Source: a virus | IMG/VR virus record: IMGVR_UViG_3300045988_161285 | Coordinates: 1-60,176 of that record | DNA: 60,176 nucleotides | Strand: one strand, 5' to 3' | Shown: in pieces, positions 17,979 through 28,379 of the stretch | Layout of the letters: every line of letters starts with the position of its first letter | Numbering within the stretch: position 1 is the stretch's first letter | Made by a program: the position numbers and the translations under genes | Notes under the pieces: generated by a model | Told to the model about the DNA's origin: nothing | Databases searched by the model: none | The model's input: the letters and a program-made list of their open reading frames with translations, nothing else

Positions 17979-18578
17979 TTATTTCACCGTTTCTACGGCT
18001 TCTATAGTCTGCTTAGAGTCAACTACAGATTGAGCCTCTTTAATATGAGCATCCAATACTTTAGCTGTAACTTTCTTCCCGTTCAGTTTATAAGTCTTGA
18101 ACGCATCTCTCACAAACTCAGAAGTAGCACCTTCCACTTCAAAGGCTTTCACCAATTCTGAAACCAAAGTTTCATCCAATGGTAAAGCAGGACTCATCCG
18201 TCTTTCAACCCTTTTCTCCCAATCGGAAGGCGTTGAAGCAAAAAAGACTATCCCTTTAGGATTTTCCGCAAGATACCTTTCTGCCGCTTCGTCAGTAAGA
18301 TTGTTGTTGGTGTACATTTCACTACTTCCAAAGCCTACTTGGAGCAATACACCATTTTTCAATGCATAACTTGATTTTTCTTTCATTTTTCCATATCTTT
18401 TTAAGTACGAATACATTTCAATCACAGCGTCACGATAGCAATCACCACATGAGGTCTTGGTAAATGTCCTACCAAGAACTTCATGAAACATCAGTTCAAT
18501 GTCTGATTTATCAGAAGAAGAAAGGGAGACCTTATCCCCCAATCTCTTCAACTTATCAACCATCTCCAAGACAAGCAT
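17979..18578 (-). CDS. head-module protein (unassigned)
   Basis: 199 aa, ATG 18578 behind AGGAGGG. Confidence 0.5.
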   Translation of the reverse strand: MLVLEMVDKLKRLGDKVSLSSSDKSDIELMFHEVLGRTFTKTSCGDCYRDAVIEMYSYLKRYGKMKEKSSYALKNGVLLQVGFGSSEMYTNNNLTDEAAERYLAENPKGIVFFASTPSDWEKRVERRMSPALPLDETLVSELVKAFEVEGATSEFVRDAFKTYKLNGKKVTAKVLDAHIKEAQSVVDSKQTIEAVETVK

Positions 18579-18586
18579 ATTCCCTC

Positions 18587-19198
18587 CTATGCTGCCGGTT
18601 CAGCCGTCAAAGTGTTGACAGCAGTCTTAGTTGCTTCATAACTCGTCTTGAACAAGAATAATGCAGATTTAGGCGTTTTCTGCTCTTCCAAGGTAACAGC
18701 CCATCCACCTTCAGTATCCTCGCTATACTTATCGTTGTCGATAGCTGTAGCTGTAAGCCCTTGGTAGTAACCATACACCTGAAAAGCGGCATCACCAGGG
18801 TTTCCTTCTTTCTGTAAACCCTTATATTTATTCTCCAACACCACAACATAGGTACCGTTAGCCAATCCGTCAATAACATCAGCGCATACATCCGGGTCGT
18901 TTGCCAATATCACAATCGCGACAGTATTGGTAAACGAACTACGATATGTGCCAGCCACTAATGAGGTCTTTGTACCCGTAAATGGATTTTTACCAGGAAC
19001 AACAACCTTATAAGCCTTCTTCCCGGTTTTCATAGCCAGCGTTTCAATCACATTCTTTTTTGTAGAATTGAATACTGTGGCTGCAAAGTCCACATCCGCA
19101 CGATTCATTATTACCCCTTCCTGCTCCAATCCTTGTACTACTGGATCATCACACGACGGAACAATATCTTTCTTTAAAATATCATCACATACTCCCAT
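18587..19198 (-). CDS. head- or tail-tube-associated structural protein (unassigned)
   Basis: 203 aa, ATG 19198 behind AAAGGAGG, directly after the capsid gene. Confidence 0.5.
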   Translation of the reverse strand: MGVCDDILKKDIVPSCDDPVVQGLEQEGVIMNRADVDFAATVFNSTKKNVIETLAMKTGKKAYKVVVPGKNPFTGTKTSLVAGTYRSSFTNTVAIVILANDPDVCADVIDGLANGTYVVVLENKYKGLQKEGNPGDAAFQVYGYYQGLTATAIDNDKYSEDTEGGWAVTLEEQKTPKSALFLFKTSYEATKTAVNTLTAEPAA

Positions 19199-19214
19199 AG
19201 AATACCTCCTTTTG

Positions 19215-20282
19215 TCAATATGCTACTTGCACCAAGTTGTCCTCGCCAATCATAGAACCGAGTTTACCAGTAGAATAGATATAATTCTTACGGGGTTTTC
19301 TTTCAAACCAGATATCAAGGTCAGATATCGGGTTATCGCCTTCACAACCGTACATTAAATTGTCCGGAGAACATAGAACCGCACGGTGAGGAAGGTTCAG
19401 TTTCGTTTTATCGTTCTGATACGCTTGAATAAATCTATCCCAAATAGAACATTTTACGACCGTAACGCCGTCATACTCTCCTACTTCAAGGCCGTCAAAA
19501 ATGACCGTCCAAGGCATAATAACCTTATATTTCTCCCTCACATCACGTGACAAAGAATCACATAATGATTTTGTAGCAAAAATTGCATGTCCGGACTTCT
19601 GGAAAATACGGCTATCCGCATCTTCAAGCATCGTGTCAAACACAGATGTAGCAGCCCCCAATTCTTTCATCTTGGACTTCTGCAAAGCATAAGATGCTTC
19701 AGAGTTGGCTGATATAACGGTATGCTGACCGGAATTCTCTGCACATATGGCAAACAGGCGTTTAAAGAAACCGTCACATGTCTTGAACAATTCTACATTC
19801 AATCCATCCGTAATTTGACCGGAACCGTCAATATTAGCGGCATCCTTGTCTCCAAACCAAGTGAAGCGCCATAACATTTTCATCATTGCTTCCGTCAGTT
19901 TTGGAAGGACAATCCCATCCATATATTCAGTAGAAGTAAGGTCCGCAATATTGGTACCGGTCTTCAAGCAGTACTTTGCAATAGTATTCTCCAAATCCTC
20001 ATAGCACATTTCCAACGGAACTTGCCAGTCGCCAATTTCCCATACTTTCTGGGCGGCAGCGATAGCCACTTTTTGATATTCAGGGTCACATCCGGCACCT
20101 GCGATACCTACATCCTCCATCTCACCGATGAAGCCAACTTTCTTGCCATTGGTCACTTTAGGCATGAACGTCATAAAACGCTCCATATCCTCATTTTGAA
20201 AGACTGTCAGTTCAATCAAGTCTTTCAAATCCTTCACCGCCTGATTGTCTGGCGTCAATTTTGAAAAATCTAAAATAGGCAT
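19215..20282 (-). CDS. major capsid protein (HK97-fold type, inferred)
   Basis: 355 aa immediately downstream of the ClpP-type prohead protease; ATG 20282 behind AAAGGAG. Confidence 0.65.
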   Translation of the reverse strand: MPILDFSKLTPDNQAVKDLKDLIELTVFQNEDMERFMTFMPKVTNGKKVGFIGEMEDVGIAGAGCDPEYQKVAIAAAQKVWEIGDWQVPLEMCYEDLENTIAKYCLKTGTNIADLTSTEYMDGIVLPKLTEAMMKMLWRFTWFGDKDAANIDGSGQITDGLNVELFKTCDGFFKRLFAICAENSGQHTVISANSEASYALQKSKMKELGAATSVFDTMLEDADSRIFQKSGHAIFATKSLCDSLSRDVREKYKVIMPWTVIFDGLEVGEYDGVTVVKCSIWDRFIQAYQNDKTKLNLPHRAVLCSPDNLMYGCEGDNPISDLDIWFERKPRKNYIYSTGKLGSMIGEDNLVQVAY

Positions 20283-20299
20283 ACTCAATTCTCCTTTCT

Positions 20300-21436
20300 T
20301 TACTTTTTAGTTCTCTTCTCCCTTTCCTCTCTCAACTTTCTTTGAATAGGTGTCTCCTCTGCACTTGCTTGTGTCTCAACAGTATTCTTGAAGGATTGGG
20401 TACGCAAAGAGACTCTATAGGTTGAACAATGTTTTGCTAGCCAATTCTCACCTCCTGCCATCTTTACAGCATTCAGTATCTTATTGTCCTCAACTGTACG
20501 GGCATTGGTTTTCAATGCCGCATTTTCCTCTTCAAGTTCTTCAATGCGCGCCTTTAAAGCTTCAATCTCCTCGTCACCGTTTGCTTCTTCCGGGTCTTTG
20601 ATTTCTGTAATCACTCCGTCTGTTACAATGATAGTCTTACCATCGGGCATAACATGCTCGCCATCGGGGGATGCCGCATCTCCCACCTGCGGTTCTCCTT
20701 CTTCACGTTCCACCGTCAGTGTATTACCTTCGGCATCTGTCAGTTCCATAGATACTACCGGAATGTCTTCTATCTTCTGGTAGCCACATTTCGCAAGCAG
20801 TCTGTCAATGATAGATTGCTTTACCGTTACTTGTTTCTCTTTGTTCATTTTCTCACTATTAAGTTTATAATCAGTTCCTTTTGCTGTAGTCGGTATAAGA
20901 ACATCAGATATAAATCCAAGTTGTTTTGCAACCTCACCGCCAAACCATGCCTCCTTGTTCATCTGGACCTCCAAAATGGTCGATTCAACTCCTGTCCGTT
21001 CAACATATACAGCCATCATCTTATCCTTTTCCGCTTCCAGACTTGATTTGATGGATTCTATAGTTTCAAGGTCCAATAAATCATCATATCTTGCCAAATA
21101 TGGTTTGTGGATGAGAAACTTTGCATGAGGATAAGCTTTTCTGCGTTCAAGTGGAGCAGAAAGCAAAATGATGGTAGCCATAGAAGCACATCGTCCAACA
21201 ACGGTACAAGATATTTCCTTGCCCGACGCACGTAATGCATCATAAATAGCATACCCCTCAACCGTATCACCGCCGCACGAATGGATTTCAATGTCAATTT
21301 TAGGGTCAGCCGGGTCAAGCCATGAAAGGAAGTATTGGATATCCGGAAACGAAAGCCCCTCGTCACCGGTCAAATACCAATTTTCCATTTTATCCTTATC
21401 AGCTACAATGTCCTTGTTAATGTATAATTTAGCCAT
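20300..21436 (-). CDS. ClpP-family prohead protease fused to an acidic scaffold-like C-terminus
   Basis: IHSCGGDTVEGYAIYDAL, CASMATIILLSA, HKPY; coiled-coil EEIEALKARIEELEEENAALK; start ATG 21436. Confidence 0.75.
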   Translation of the reverse strand: MAKLYINKDIVADKDKMENWYLTGDEGLSFPDIQYFLSWLDPADPKIDIEIHSCGGDTVEGYAIYDALRASGKEISCTVVGRCASMATIILLSAPLERRKAYPHAKFLIHKPYLARYDDLLDLETIESIKSSLEAEKDKMMAVYVERTGVESTILEVQMNKEAWFGGEVAKQLGFISDVLIPTTAKGTDYKLNSEKMNKEKQVTVKQSIIDRLLAKCGYQKIEDIPVVSMELTDAEGNTLTVEREEGEPQVGDAASPDGEHVMPDGKTIIVTDGVITEIKDPEEANGDEEIEALKARIEELEEENAALKTNARTVEDNKILNAVKMAGGENWLAKHCSTYRVSLRTQSFKNTVETQASAEETPIQRKLREEREKRTKK

Positions 21437-21455
21437 ATCACATAATTGTTTGTAA

Positions 21456-21463
21456 CAAAGGTA
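21456..21463 (-). promoter_or_regulatory. -7 box TACCTTTG (minus strand) for the head operon
   Basis: caaaggta on plus strand, 20 nt upstream of ATG 21436. Confidence 0.45.
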
Positions 21464-21532
21464 GAAAACATGATACGGCTTGAAGAAAATAAGAAGTCTA
21501 TTCCACTGACACGCTTTGTCAGCAACTTTTTC

Positions 21533-21561
21533 AAAACAAAAAAAGAGCGGAATAATTCCGC
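21533..21561 (-). terminator. rho-independent terminator
   Basis: perfect hairpin GCGGAAT-A-ATTCCGC followed on the minus strand by UCUUUUUUUGUUUUG. Confidence 0.7.
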
Positions 21562-21566
21562 CCCCC

Positions 21567-21800
21567 CTAAACATCCACCTTACTTGAGAACTTATCTATT
21601 ATCCGATAAATTGTCCTTTCCGCAATATTATACTCATCGGATAAATATTGCATGATATAAGTCTTTTTATGTCCCTCCTTTGACAGACGGACATATTCTT
21701 GATACACGGGAATATATTTCACATCCCCGACATCAAGCGAAGCATCCCCCATCATTTGAAGAAGACTCTTATTCAATATCAATAGTTCATATGCTTTCAT
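21567..21800 (-). CDS. small HTH DNA-binding protein (Mor-like late regulator, tentative)
   Basis: 77 aa, C-terminal ERTIYRIIDKF helix-turn-helix-like segment; 4-nt overlap with the upstream gene. Confidence 0.45.
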   Translation of the reverse strand: MKAYELLILNKSLLQMMGDASLDVGDVKYIPVYQEYVRLSKEGHKKTYIMQYLSDEYNIAERTIYRIIDKFSSKVDV

Positions 21801-24520
21801 ATACTACCAAGATTTTCAACGTACTTAACCCTATTAGCAACAGAGGTAAACTCTTCCACAGAAACCACCGGAGCAGGCGCCATCATCATACCTTTTGCAA
21901 CAGCTTTGGCCAGCATGTCCTCTCCTAACGCCTGATTGGAAGAAGCTGTTACATTAATGGGAATACCTCCTCCTATCTGATTGAAAGCCGACAATAACGG
22001 AGCAAACATCGAGGTTGCAGCAGCCGTCATTACACTTTCACCGTTGGACAACATAGCAGGTATGGAATCGCTTGTACCGGAACCTGGCCCTTCAACTTTA
22101 CCTCCTTGTGCAAATTTAGCACTTTTCACCGATTTCATAGCCTTTCCCATAACAGTAGTTACAGATGCCACTACAGTACCTATCGCAGCAAGCATGTCAA
22201 TCCATGTTGCAGATGAGCGGGTAGCTGTTTCTACGGCTTTGGCAATGGCTACCCCTTGCGCAATAGAAACCTCCGCAATAGCCAGTATTTTCGCCAACTG
22301 AGCCATATTCTCGTTATCTCCTGCCGCTTGTTCCAACAAATCAGAAAGATTCCCTGCCAAGACAGAAAGGGATTCACCTTTATTTTGCTGCATCTCCACT
22401 TCCTTGTCAATGACCGCCTGCTTTGCATTCAAGTATTCTTGGTCTGCAGCAAGCTGCCTGGCCCGGAATTCGGCATCACTCTCCTCTCCCATCCGTCTCA
22501 AGCTGTCTTTCAGTTCAAGCTTCTGCTGTTCCTGCATACGAAGAAGCTCAAGTTCACTATCTCCATTCAATTTAGCTTCTGCCAATTCATTATCCAATCG
22601 AAGTTTGAGTGCATCAGCTTGTTTCTTTGCTGTATCATTCTCATGTTGAACGGACAAATCATCAATCTCTTTATTGTACTTCTCCGTGACAGCAAGCTTC
22701 ATCTGTTCAGTAAGCTCTTTCTGACGAAGTTCTACGTCACGTTGGACAACAAGTTGCTGTATTTTGAGTTGGTATTCCTGCTCACTTCCAGCTTTTACGG
22801 ATTCAAGTTGCAGAGAGATTAGTTTCTGCCGGTTCTCCACCTCCTTCATCAGTTGTTCTTCCGATAATTGCTGTAATGCATCATTTTTTTGCTGTTCAAG
22901 TGCAATAATCTGATTATTTATAGCTCCACGTGCTTTCGTTGTAAGGTCTTGTTCCTCAATCAAGCGAACACGCAAATCTTCTATTTGACGAGAAAACTGA
23001 CGTTCTATCTCAATGGATTGTTTCTCTCTACTGTCCTTAACCAGCTTAAGCATTTCATCCTCAGCCTTACGAATTTCTGAAAGTTCTTTTTCTTTTACAA
23101 CTTTAGCCTTATCTACTGATTCTTTCCGCATCGCATTTATTTTATTCTGGGTTTCCTTATTACGGGTATAGCTCTCCATTTCCTTTTGAGCTACGTCCGA
23201 AAAAACTTGAGAGAATTCCTTTAAATCTTTCACTGTACTTTCTGATATACCCAATCGGCTAATAACCTCATCAGCCGTTATTGCACCTTGTGCCATATCA
23301 TCAAGCAATTTATTAGCTTCACCAGTAAGTTCTATTTGCCCAAGAAGATTTGCCAATTTCTTTCGGCCAATATCAATACTTTCCTGCTGAAGTTTATTTT
23401 CCATATCGTATGCTTTTGTAGCCGCATCAGTACGCTCTTTCAGGCTTTTTGTAGTATCATCCGCAATGAGCTTCAATCTTTCAATCTCAGAGCGACTTGC
23501 CGCACGCTTCATATTAAGCATTGTTTCCGATTTCTCTAACTGTTGCAATGCATCATTCAGTGCCCACGCTTGTTTCGCATCATTTGAAATTTCTTTTCCA
23601 ATACCGGAAAAACTATCCTTCATATCCTTTGCTGCGCCAGAAAAATCACCAGAGAAGAATTTAGCAATAGCTCCACCAAACTTTGCAATCCGGTCTATAA
23701 TCACATCAATAATTGCCCCAAAAGAGGACATTACATTAGAAAGAAATTCAGTACCTTTTTGCGTTTTAGCCAACCATGCGACCAATGAGCCCAACAAAAC
23801 AACAATAGTCCCAATACCAGTGGAAATTAGTGCAAGTTTCAACACTTTTAAAGCTGCAGATAACAAATTACTTGTTATAGCCGCTGCTTTTTGAGCACCA
23901 GAGAACATATTCGCAGTGACCGTTCCTGCTTTGTACTGGACTGTTATTTTAACCAATTCATCCTTCAAACCACCAACAAATTCCTTTGTACCTCGCAAGA
24001 CGCTAACGCCACTGCGCAATATGGAAACAAAAGGTACTTGGGCTTCTGTAGCCTGAAGTATCGCATCTTTATAATTACCCACATTCCGATAAAAGCGCTG
24101 CGTTTCTTCTTCCGCACCTTTCAGTTCATCGGTAATGGCATTTATCTTATCTTGCAGCTCTTTGCCTTCGCCCCCCTCACGCTCTACACGACTTAATCTG
24201 TCATAAGCAGCGGTAAGATTGGAAAGCTCAGCCCGCAACCTAACAAGGCTTCCTTCCATCTCTGTCTGCTCTTTACGTTCATTTTGAATTTGTTTATTCA
24301 GTACACGGATGGATTCGGTGTATTCTTTGGCGGCTATCTTTGTTTCTGCCATCATTAAGTTGTATTTTTCCCTCTCTATCCGCCCTTTACTCACATCCTC
24401 CTTCAACTGCTTTTCCCTTGCTTTTAATTTATCAAGTTCAGTACTGTATTCAGCTATCTTAGTAATGGCTTTATCATACCTCACTTTAATCTCTAATATT
24501 TTCTCTTCCGCATTTCCCAT
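21797..24520 (-). CDS. tape-measure-like protein
   Basis: 907 aa; long coiled coils; central hydrophobic segments LISTGIGTIVVLLGSLVAWL; C-terminal GPGSGTSDSIPAMLSNGESV motif. Confidence 0.65.
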   Translation of the reverse strand: MGNAEEKILEIKVRYDKAITKIAEYSTELDKLKAREKQLKEDVSKGRIEREKYNLMMAETKIAAKEYTESIRVLNKQIQNERKEQTEMEGSLVRLRAELSNLTAAYDRLSRVEREGGEGKELQDKINAITDELKGAEEETQRFYRNVGNYKDAILQATEAQVPFVSILRSGVSVLRGTKEFVGGLKDELVKITVQYKAGTVTANMFSGAQKAAAITSNLLSAALKVLKLALISTGIGTIVVLLGSLVAWLAKTQKGTEFLSNVMSSFGAIIDVIIDRIAKFGGAIAKFFSGDFSGAAKDMKDSFSGIGKEISNDAKQAWALNDALQQLEKSETMLNMKRAASRSEIERLKLIADDTTKSLKERTDAATKAYDMENKLQQESIDIGRKKLANLLGQIELTGEANKLLDDMAQGAITADEVISRLGISESTVKDLKEFSQVFSDVAQKEMESYTRNKETQNKINAMRKESVDKAKVVKEKELSEIRKAEDEMLKLVKDSREKQSIEIERQFSRQIEDLRVRLIEEQDLTTKARGAINNQIIALEQQKNDALQQLSEEQLMKEVENRQKLISLQLESVKAGSEQEYQLKIQQLVVQRDVELRQKELTEQMKLAVTEKYNKEIDDLSVQHENDTAKKQADALKLRLDNELAEAKLNGDSELELLRMQEQQKLELKDSLRRMGEESDAEFRARQLAADQEYLNAKQAVIDKEVEMQQNKGESLSVLAGNLSDLLEQAAGDNENMAQLAKILAIAEVSIAQGVAIAKAVETATRSSATWIDMLAAIGTVVASVTTVMGKAMKSVKSAKFAQGGKVEGPGSGTSDSIPAMLSNGESVMTAAATSMFAPLLSAFNQIGGGIPINVTASSNQALGEDMLAKAVAKGMMMAPAPVVSVEEFTSVANRVKYVENLGSI

Positions 24521-24522
24521 AA

Positions 24523-26400
24523 CTACACCTCCAATTGTAACAATTTACATTCACATATTCCCGTATCTTCTGCCTTAATGGAAATAATGGCATAATATCT
24601 ACCATATTGGGCCAAATAAATTGGAACAGTCATATCTAAGTCTCTCAACTCAATATCATTTATTTCTATCTTTTCTGTAATAACAATAGGCCTTCGTATG
24701 ATAGATTGGTATGTTTGGTAATACATAGAAAGGAGTGTATTCCAATCAAGACCAGTAAATACCCCTTTCACACCATTATAAGCCAATAATCTTGGCTCAA
24801 CTGAATTGTATTCCAAATTACCTTCCTCATCATATGAATATATTGGTATCTTGGCTACATCCGAGAATTGGTCACTAGCAGCAAACGGCAATTCAACAAC
24901 ATCTCTTTCACTTTCTATCGTTTCGTTTTCTACAAACAAATACCCATCATATTTCCCCACTACCGTATCATCCTCCTTCCATCTATAAAAATTCTTTTGA
25001 GAAAAATCATCAAGAGAATAGGCAATCGCATTAGGTTTATTATCTTTATATGTAGCAACCAGCCTACGGGTCCAATCCAACGCTTTCGCCTTATTAGACA
25101 TAATTGTATCAAATGATACAAACACAAGGCCGTTACTTTCTGTGAACAAAGGGAAAGTACCTATGATTGCCGATATAGCTTTAATAAAATCAGACTGCTT
25201 TATATCTGGCAGATTAGGTATTATCCAATATCTACCACCCAATAATATTTCTTGCTCTATATTCGTTATCTTCAACGTGCCGCTAATAGAAACGACATCA
25301 GATGGCTTGCCTATATTCTGCAAAGCAAATTTCAGATGAGGAATAGAAGAATGTAGAGTAGAAAGCATCTCTGTTTGCCTATTCTCAAATTGAAACAAGA
25401 CCTCATATACACCGTCACTTATAAAATTTACATTCAGTAATGGAATTGTAAGTACAGTACTTGTATCCAGTTCGCTACCGACTTCATTGAAGTTGTAATT
25501 ATAAACTTCCAATGTAGCAGATAATGGAGCCACATTTGTATTTACTTTAACTTTAAAATTACCCGATATCTTAGGTACAGCATTTATGACTTTAGACCTA
25601 TAGCCATTGTAATATCCTCCACTCACTCCGTTTCCTATTACTGCAAGGTTTCCATAAAACGAACCAACATTTCCCATATCGTTGAAGTATATGTTTGTCT
25701 TGCCAGCCCTATCCTCTGCAACGCCCTTTAAATCAATGGTTATAGCTTCGATTTCTGCATACTCTTCGCTTGGATTTTTTTCCAATAATGGAACAAACAT
25801 GTTTTCCAATAAAGCCTCTTTGTCTTTTGGAAAAATAAAAGATATGCCGTTATCCTCTTCTATGTATTCCATGATTTGTTTTACAGACTGAACAGGATGA
25901 TACCACACCATTGAATCTCCATTTCTGAAACCATAGTCAACCTTTGGATATACACGATCATTTTCTCCCCAATCTTTCCATTCAATATATTTCGGATAAT
26001 ATATACCTCCCACATATTCACCAGCATCCATATCTCTCAGGCTTTTTCCACTTTCAAGCATTGATGATAGTGCTGTTATATTTCCCCACGTCATGGCAAT
26101 CTCAATCTTATCAGATATAGATATAAGTACAGCCTTAGCAGTTGGAATAACCTCTACCCCATTACGAAAATATCTTGCATCATGATATTTCCGAGGATAA
26201 CCGGAGTCTGCAGATGGAAGCTCAGCATGCGATATGATACGTTGATTCCTTATTGTCTTAGGTAATTTGATTGTATAACTATTATTGCTCACAATTTTAC
26301 TCAAGTCTGTAAAAATATTGCTCTTGAAATTAAGTGTAATCTTGGTATTATCGTCCAAGTCTACCAACTTACCATCAATAAATAGCATGTCATTTCTCAT
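24523..26400 (-). CDS. tail structural protein (unassigned)
   Basis: 625 aa, 2-nt gap to the tape-measure-like gene. Confidence 0.5.
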   Translation of the reverse strand: MRNDMLFIDGKLVDLDDNTKITLNFKSNIFTDLSKIVSNNSYTIKLPKTIRNQRIISHAELPSADSGYPRKYHDARYFRNGVEVIPTAKAVLISISDKIEIAMTWGNITALSSMLESGKSLRDMDAGEYVGGIYYPKYIEWKDWGENDRVYPKVDYGFRNGDSMVWYHPVQSVKQIMEYIEEDNGISFIFPKDKEALLENMFVPLLEKNPSEEYAEIEAITIDLKGVAEDRAGKTNIYFNDMGNVGSFYGNLAVIGNGVSGGYYNGYRSKVINAVPKISGNFKVKVNTNVAPLSATLEVYNYNFNEVGSELDTSTVLTIPLLNVNFISDGVYEVLFQFENRQTEMLSTLHSSIPHLKFALQNIGKPSDVVSISGTLKITNIEQEILLGGRYWIIPNLPDIKQSDFIKAISAIIGTFPLFTESNGLVFVSFDTIMSNKAKALDWTRRLVATYKDNKPNAIAYSLDDFSQKNFYRWKEDDTVVGKYDGYLFVENETIESERDVVELPFAASDQFSDVAKIPIYSYDEEGNLEYNSVEPRLLAYNGVKGVFTGLDWNTLLSMYYQTYQSIIRRPIVITEKIEINDIELRDLDMTVPIYLAQYGRYYAIISIKAEDTGICECKLLQLEV

Positions 26401-27491
26401 AAGCTTTGTACTCTTGTTTCTGGTAATATGATTGTTGCTACGAAATCCTGCAATACGGCTCTTGTCTTATTGAAGTTACCAACAGATACATTCACCGCCT
26501 TCCAGCTATCAACTCCATTCACATTTTTACCTGCATACATATCAACGATGGGTGACAACGCGAGTTGAAACAAGAAGTCAAACGTTTCAGAGTCCACTAA
26601 AGGAGCACACACCAACAATGTATTCTCTTCTGTTTTTCTCTGCTTACGTCCTGAACCTCCATGATAGCCATTAACATAGTTATAGTCTTGCATATTATTA
26701 CGAATAAATTCACCATCATTGGCAATTTGTTTACTCTCATCACCACGTTTAAACAACCAATAGCAATAAAAGCCATGACGATTTATCCAACGTAAATAAA
26801 TTCCATCCGTGCATTCATCAACTAAAAGCCTCACGTTTACAGCCATATTCGTCAATGCATGAAAAGTAAAATCAAATGTATTGTCGAACACGTTTGCCCC
26901 CACACTCGTTCCCGGCAATTTCAATACGACCTCATTGTTTGCATCAATTCCATTCAAAGTAATATTATACACCTTTCTTTCAGACAATGTAATAGCTGGT
27001 AAAGAAATGCTGTCAGCGGTCACACTCACATTAGCATTACCGGCCGTATACATTCCTACCGTAAACGGAAGGTTTTTAAACCACGTCAATATACGATTTC
27101 CATTATACCGTTCACCCACCTTCATTGCCCCCCAAATGATGAACGTATTGAATTGAAAACTTTCAGACATTGAACTGTCCGAATAAAAGTCAATATCTAC
27201 AGAGAACACACGTCCTACCCCGCTATCTTTCGGAATCGTCTGTGAATAATCAATTTTCCCAAATTCTACAGTGTCAAATGTAGACTGCATGTAAAACGAC
27301 ACATCAAAAAAGCATGCATTATTAAACAGAGCCCTCTTCTCCTTGTATGAAATTTCAGAAACGATATCAGTCACCGTCACCTCCACGTAATCCCAAGCAT
27401 GCCCGTAAATGTTTATCACTACCGGATTAAAACAGAAAGATATTTCATCCGGATATTCTATGGTTGTTTCCCCTATCTTATGAGTTCTCAT
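26397..27491 (-). CDS. virion structural protein (unassigned)
   Basis: 364 aa, 4-nt overlaps on both sides. Confidence 0.5.
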   Translation of the reverse strand: MRTHKIGETTIEYPDEISFCFNPVVINIYGHAWDYVEVTVTDIVSEISYKEKRALFNNACFFDVSFYMQSTFDTVEFGKIDYSQTIPKDSGVGRVFSVDIDFYSDSSMSESFQFNTFIIWGAMKVGERYNGNRILTWFKNLPFTVGMYTAGNANVSVTADSISLPAITLSERKVYNITLNGIDANNEVVLKLPGTSVGANVFDNTFDFTFHALTNMAVNVRLLVDECTDGIYLRWINRHGFYCYWLFKRGDESKQIANDGEFIRNNMQDYNYVNGYHGGSGRKQRKTEENTLLVCAPLVDSETFDFLFQLALSPIVDMYAGKNVNGVDSWKAVNVSVGNFNKTRAVLQDFVATIILPETRVQSL

Positions 27492-27945
27492 TACTATGTA
27501 GATTTATATGTGTCACATCATCAACGAGTATATCAAACACACGGTCCATAATGTCCCGTATTGTTTGCTCCACGTCCGTTGTATATATATCCTCGTACGT
27601 ACCAGAGCGATAAAGTGATGTGCCCTCTGTTGCTATCTTCCGGGCCACAAGGTATGCAAATGACCTTGGTCTCTCCACTTGGATACCCTTGTCTATCATC
27701 CATTGCTGAATAATCTTATAGAATCCTTTCGGTACTTTCCCCGAGGCACGTCCCACCTCCAGAACTCCGAACGCTTGACGACCATAAAGAGTACCATGAT
27801 TATCATCCACGACAACGTGCAGGCTCTTGATAGTTTTGCCACTTGCACGCTGCCCAGCCCGTATATGATTTTCTATGATGCGCTGCCGAAGATTATCCAA
27901 CTCCTCACACAATATCGCCTTTACCTCTTTCCTCCTATCTTCCAT
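27478..27945 (-). CDS. head-tail joining-type small protein (tentative)
   Basis: ATG 27945 (MEDRRKEV), 2 nt after the upstream stop; the track start 27954 is GTG. Confidence 0.45.
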   Translation of the reverse strand: MEDRRKEVKAILCEELDNLRQRIIENHIRAGQRASGKTIKSLHVVVDDNHGTLYGRQAFGVLEVGRASGKVPKGFYKIIQQWMIDKGIQVERPRSFAYLVARKIATEGTSLYRSGTYEDIYTTDVEQTIRDIMDRVFDILVDDVTHINLHSNENS

Positions 27946-27947
27946 AA

Positions 27948-28379
27948 CTAGCACATGGGCGCTCCTTGAACCTCTTTCAATTTCAATTCTATTACTATTC
28001 CAGTAACATTTACATCCAGCTTATCATAGAAAACGGAATAAGGGACCTCATCGCTTACCCACTCAAACAGCCCGCTCCTATTCAACTCACGGATAAATTG
28101 AACTGCATACCCTTTGCACCTCTCAATAACCTCATCATTCTCCACCCCGTCAAAATCAAACGCCGTCTTGTCTACAAAAGCAATCATGCAATTTGGGCAA
28201 TCTCTTAACTGAGTCCTTGATATGACGAACTTCCCAGATGCAGGAAGCAGATTTATAATGGCCGGCAATGGCATCTTATCCAGCCGAACGTTGGCGGTCA
28301 CCCAGTTATCAAATAAATAGGTAACTCCTTCCAGCTTCTCTGCGATAGAAGCGATTTTCCTTTCTACACTTATATTCAT
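27948..28379 (-). CDS. small virion-module protein
   Basis: 143 aa, ATGA start/stop overlap with the upstream gene. Confidence 0.45.
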   Translation of the reverse strand: MNISVERKIASIAEKLEGVTYLFDNWVTANVRLDKMPLPAIINLLPASGKFVISRTQLRDCPNCMIAFVDKTAFDFDGVENDEVIERCKGYAVQFIRELNRSGLFEWVSDEVPYSVFYDKLDVNVTGIVIELKLKEVQGAPMC

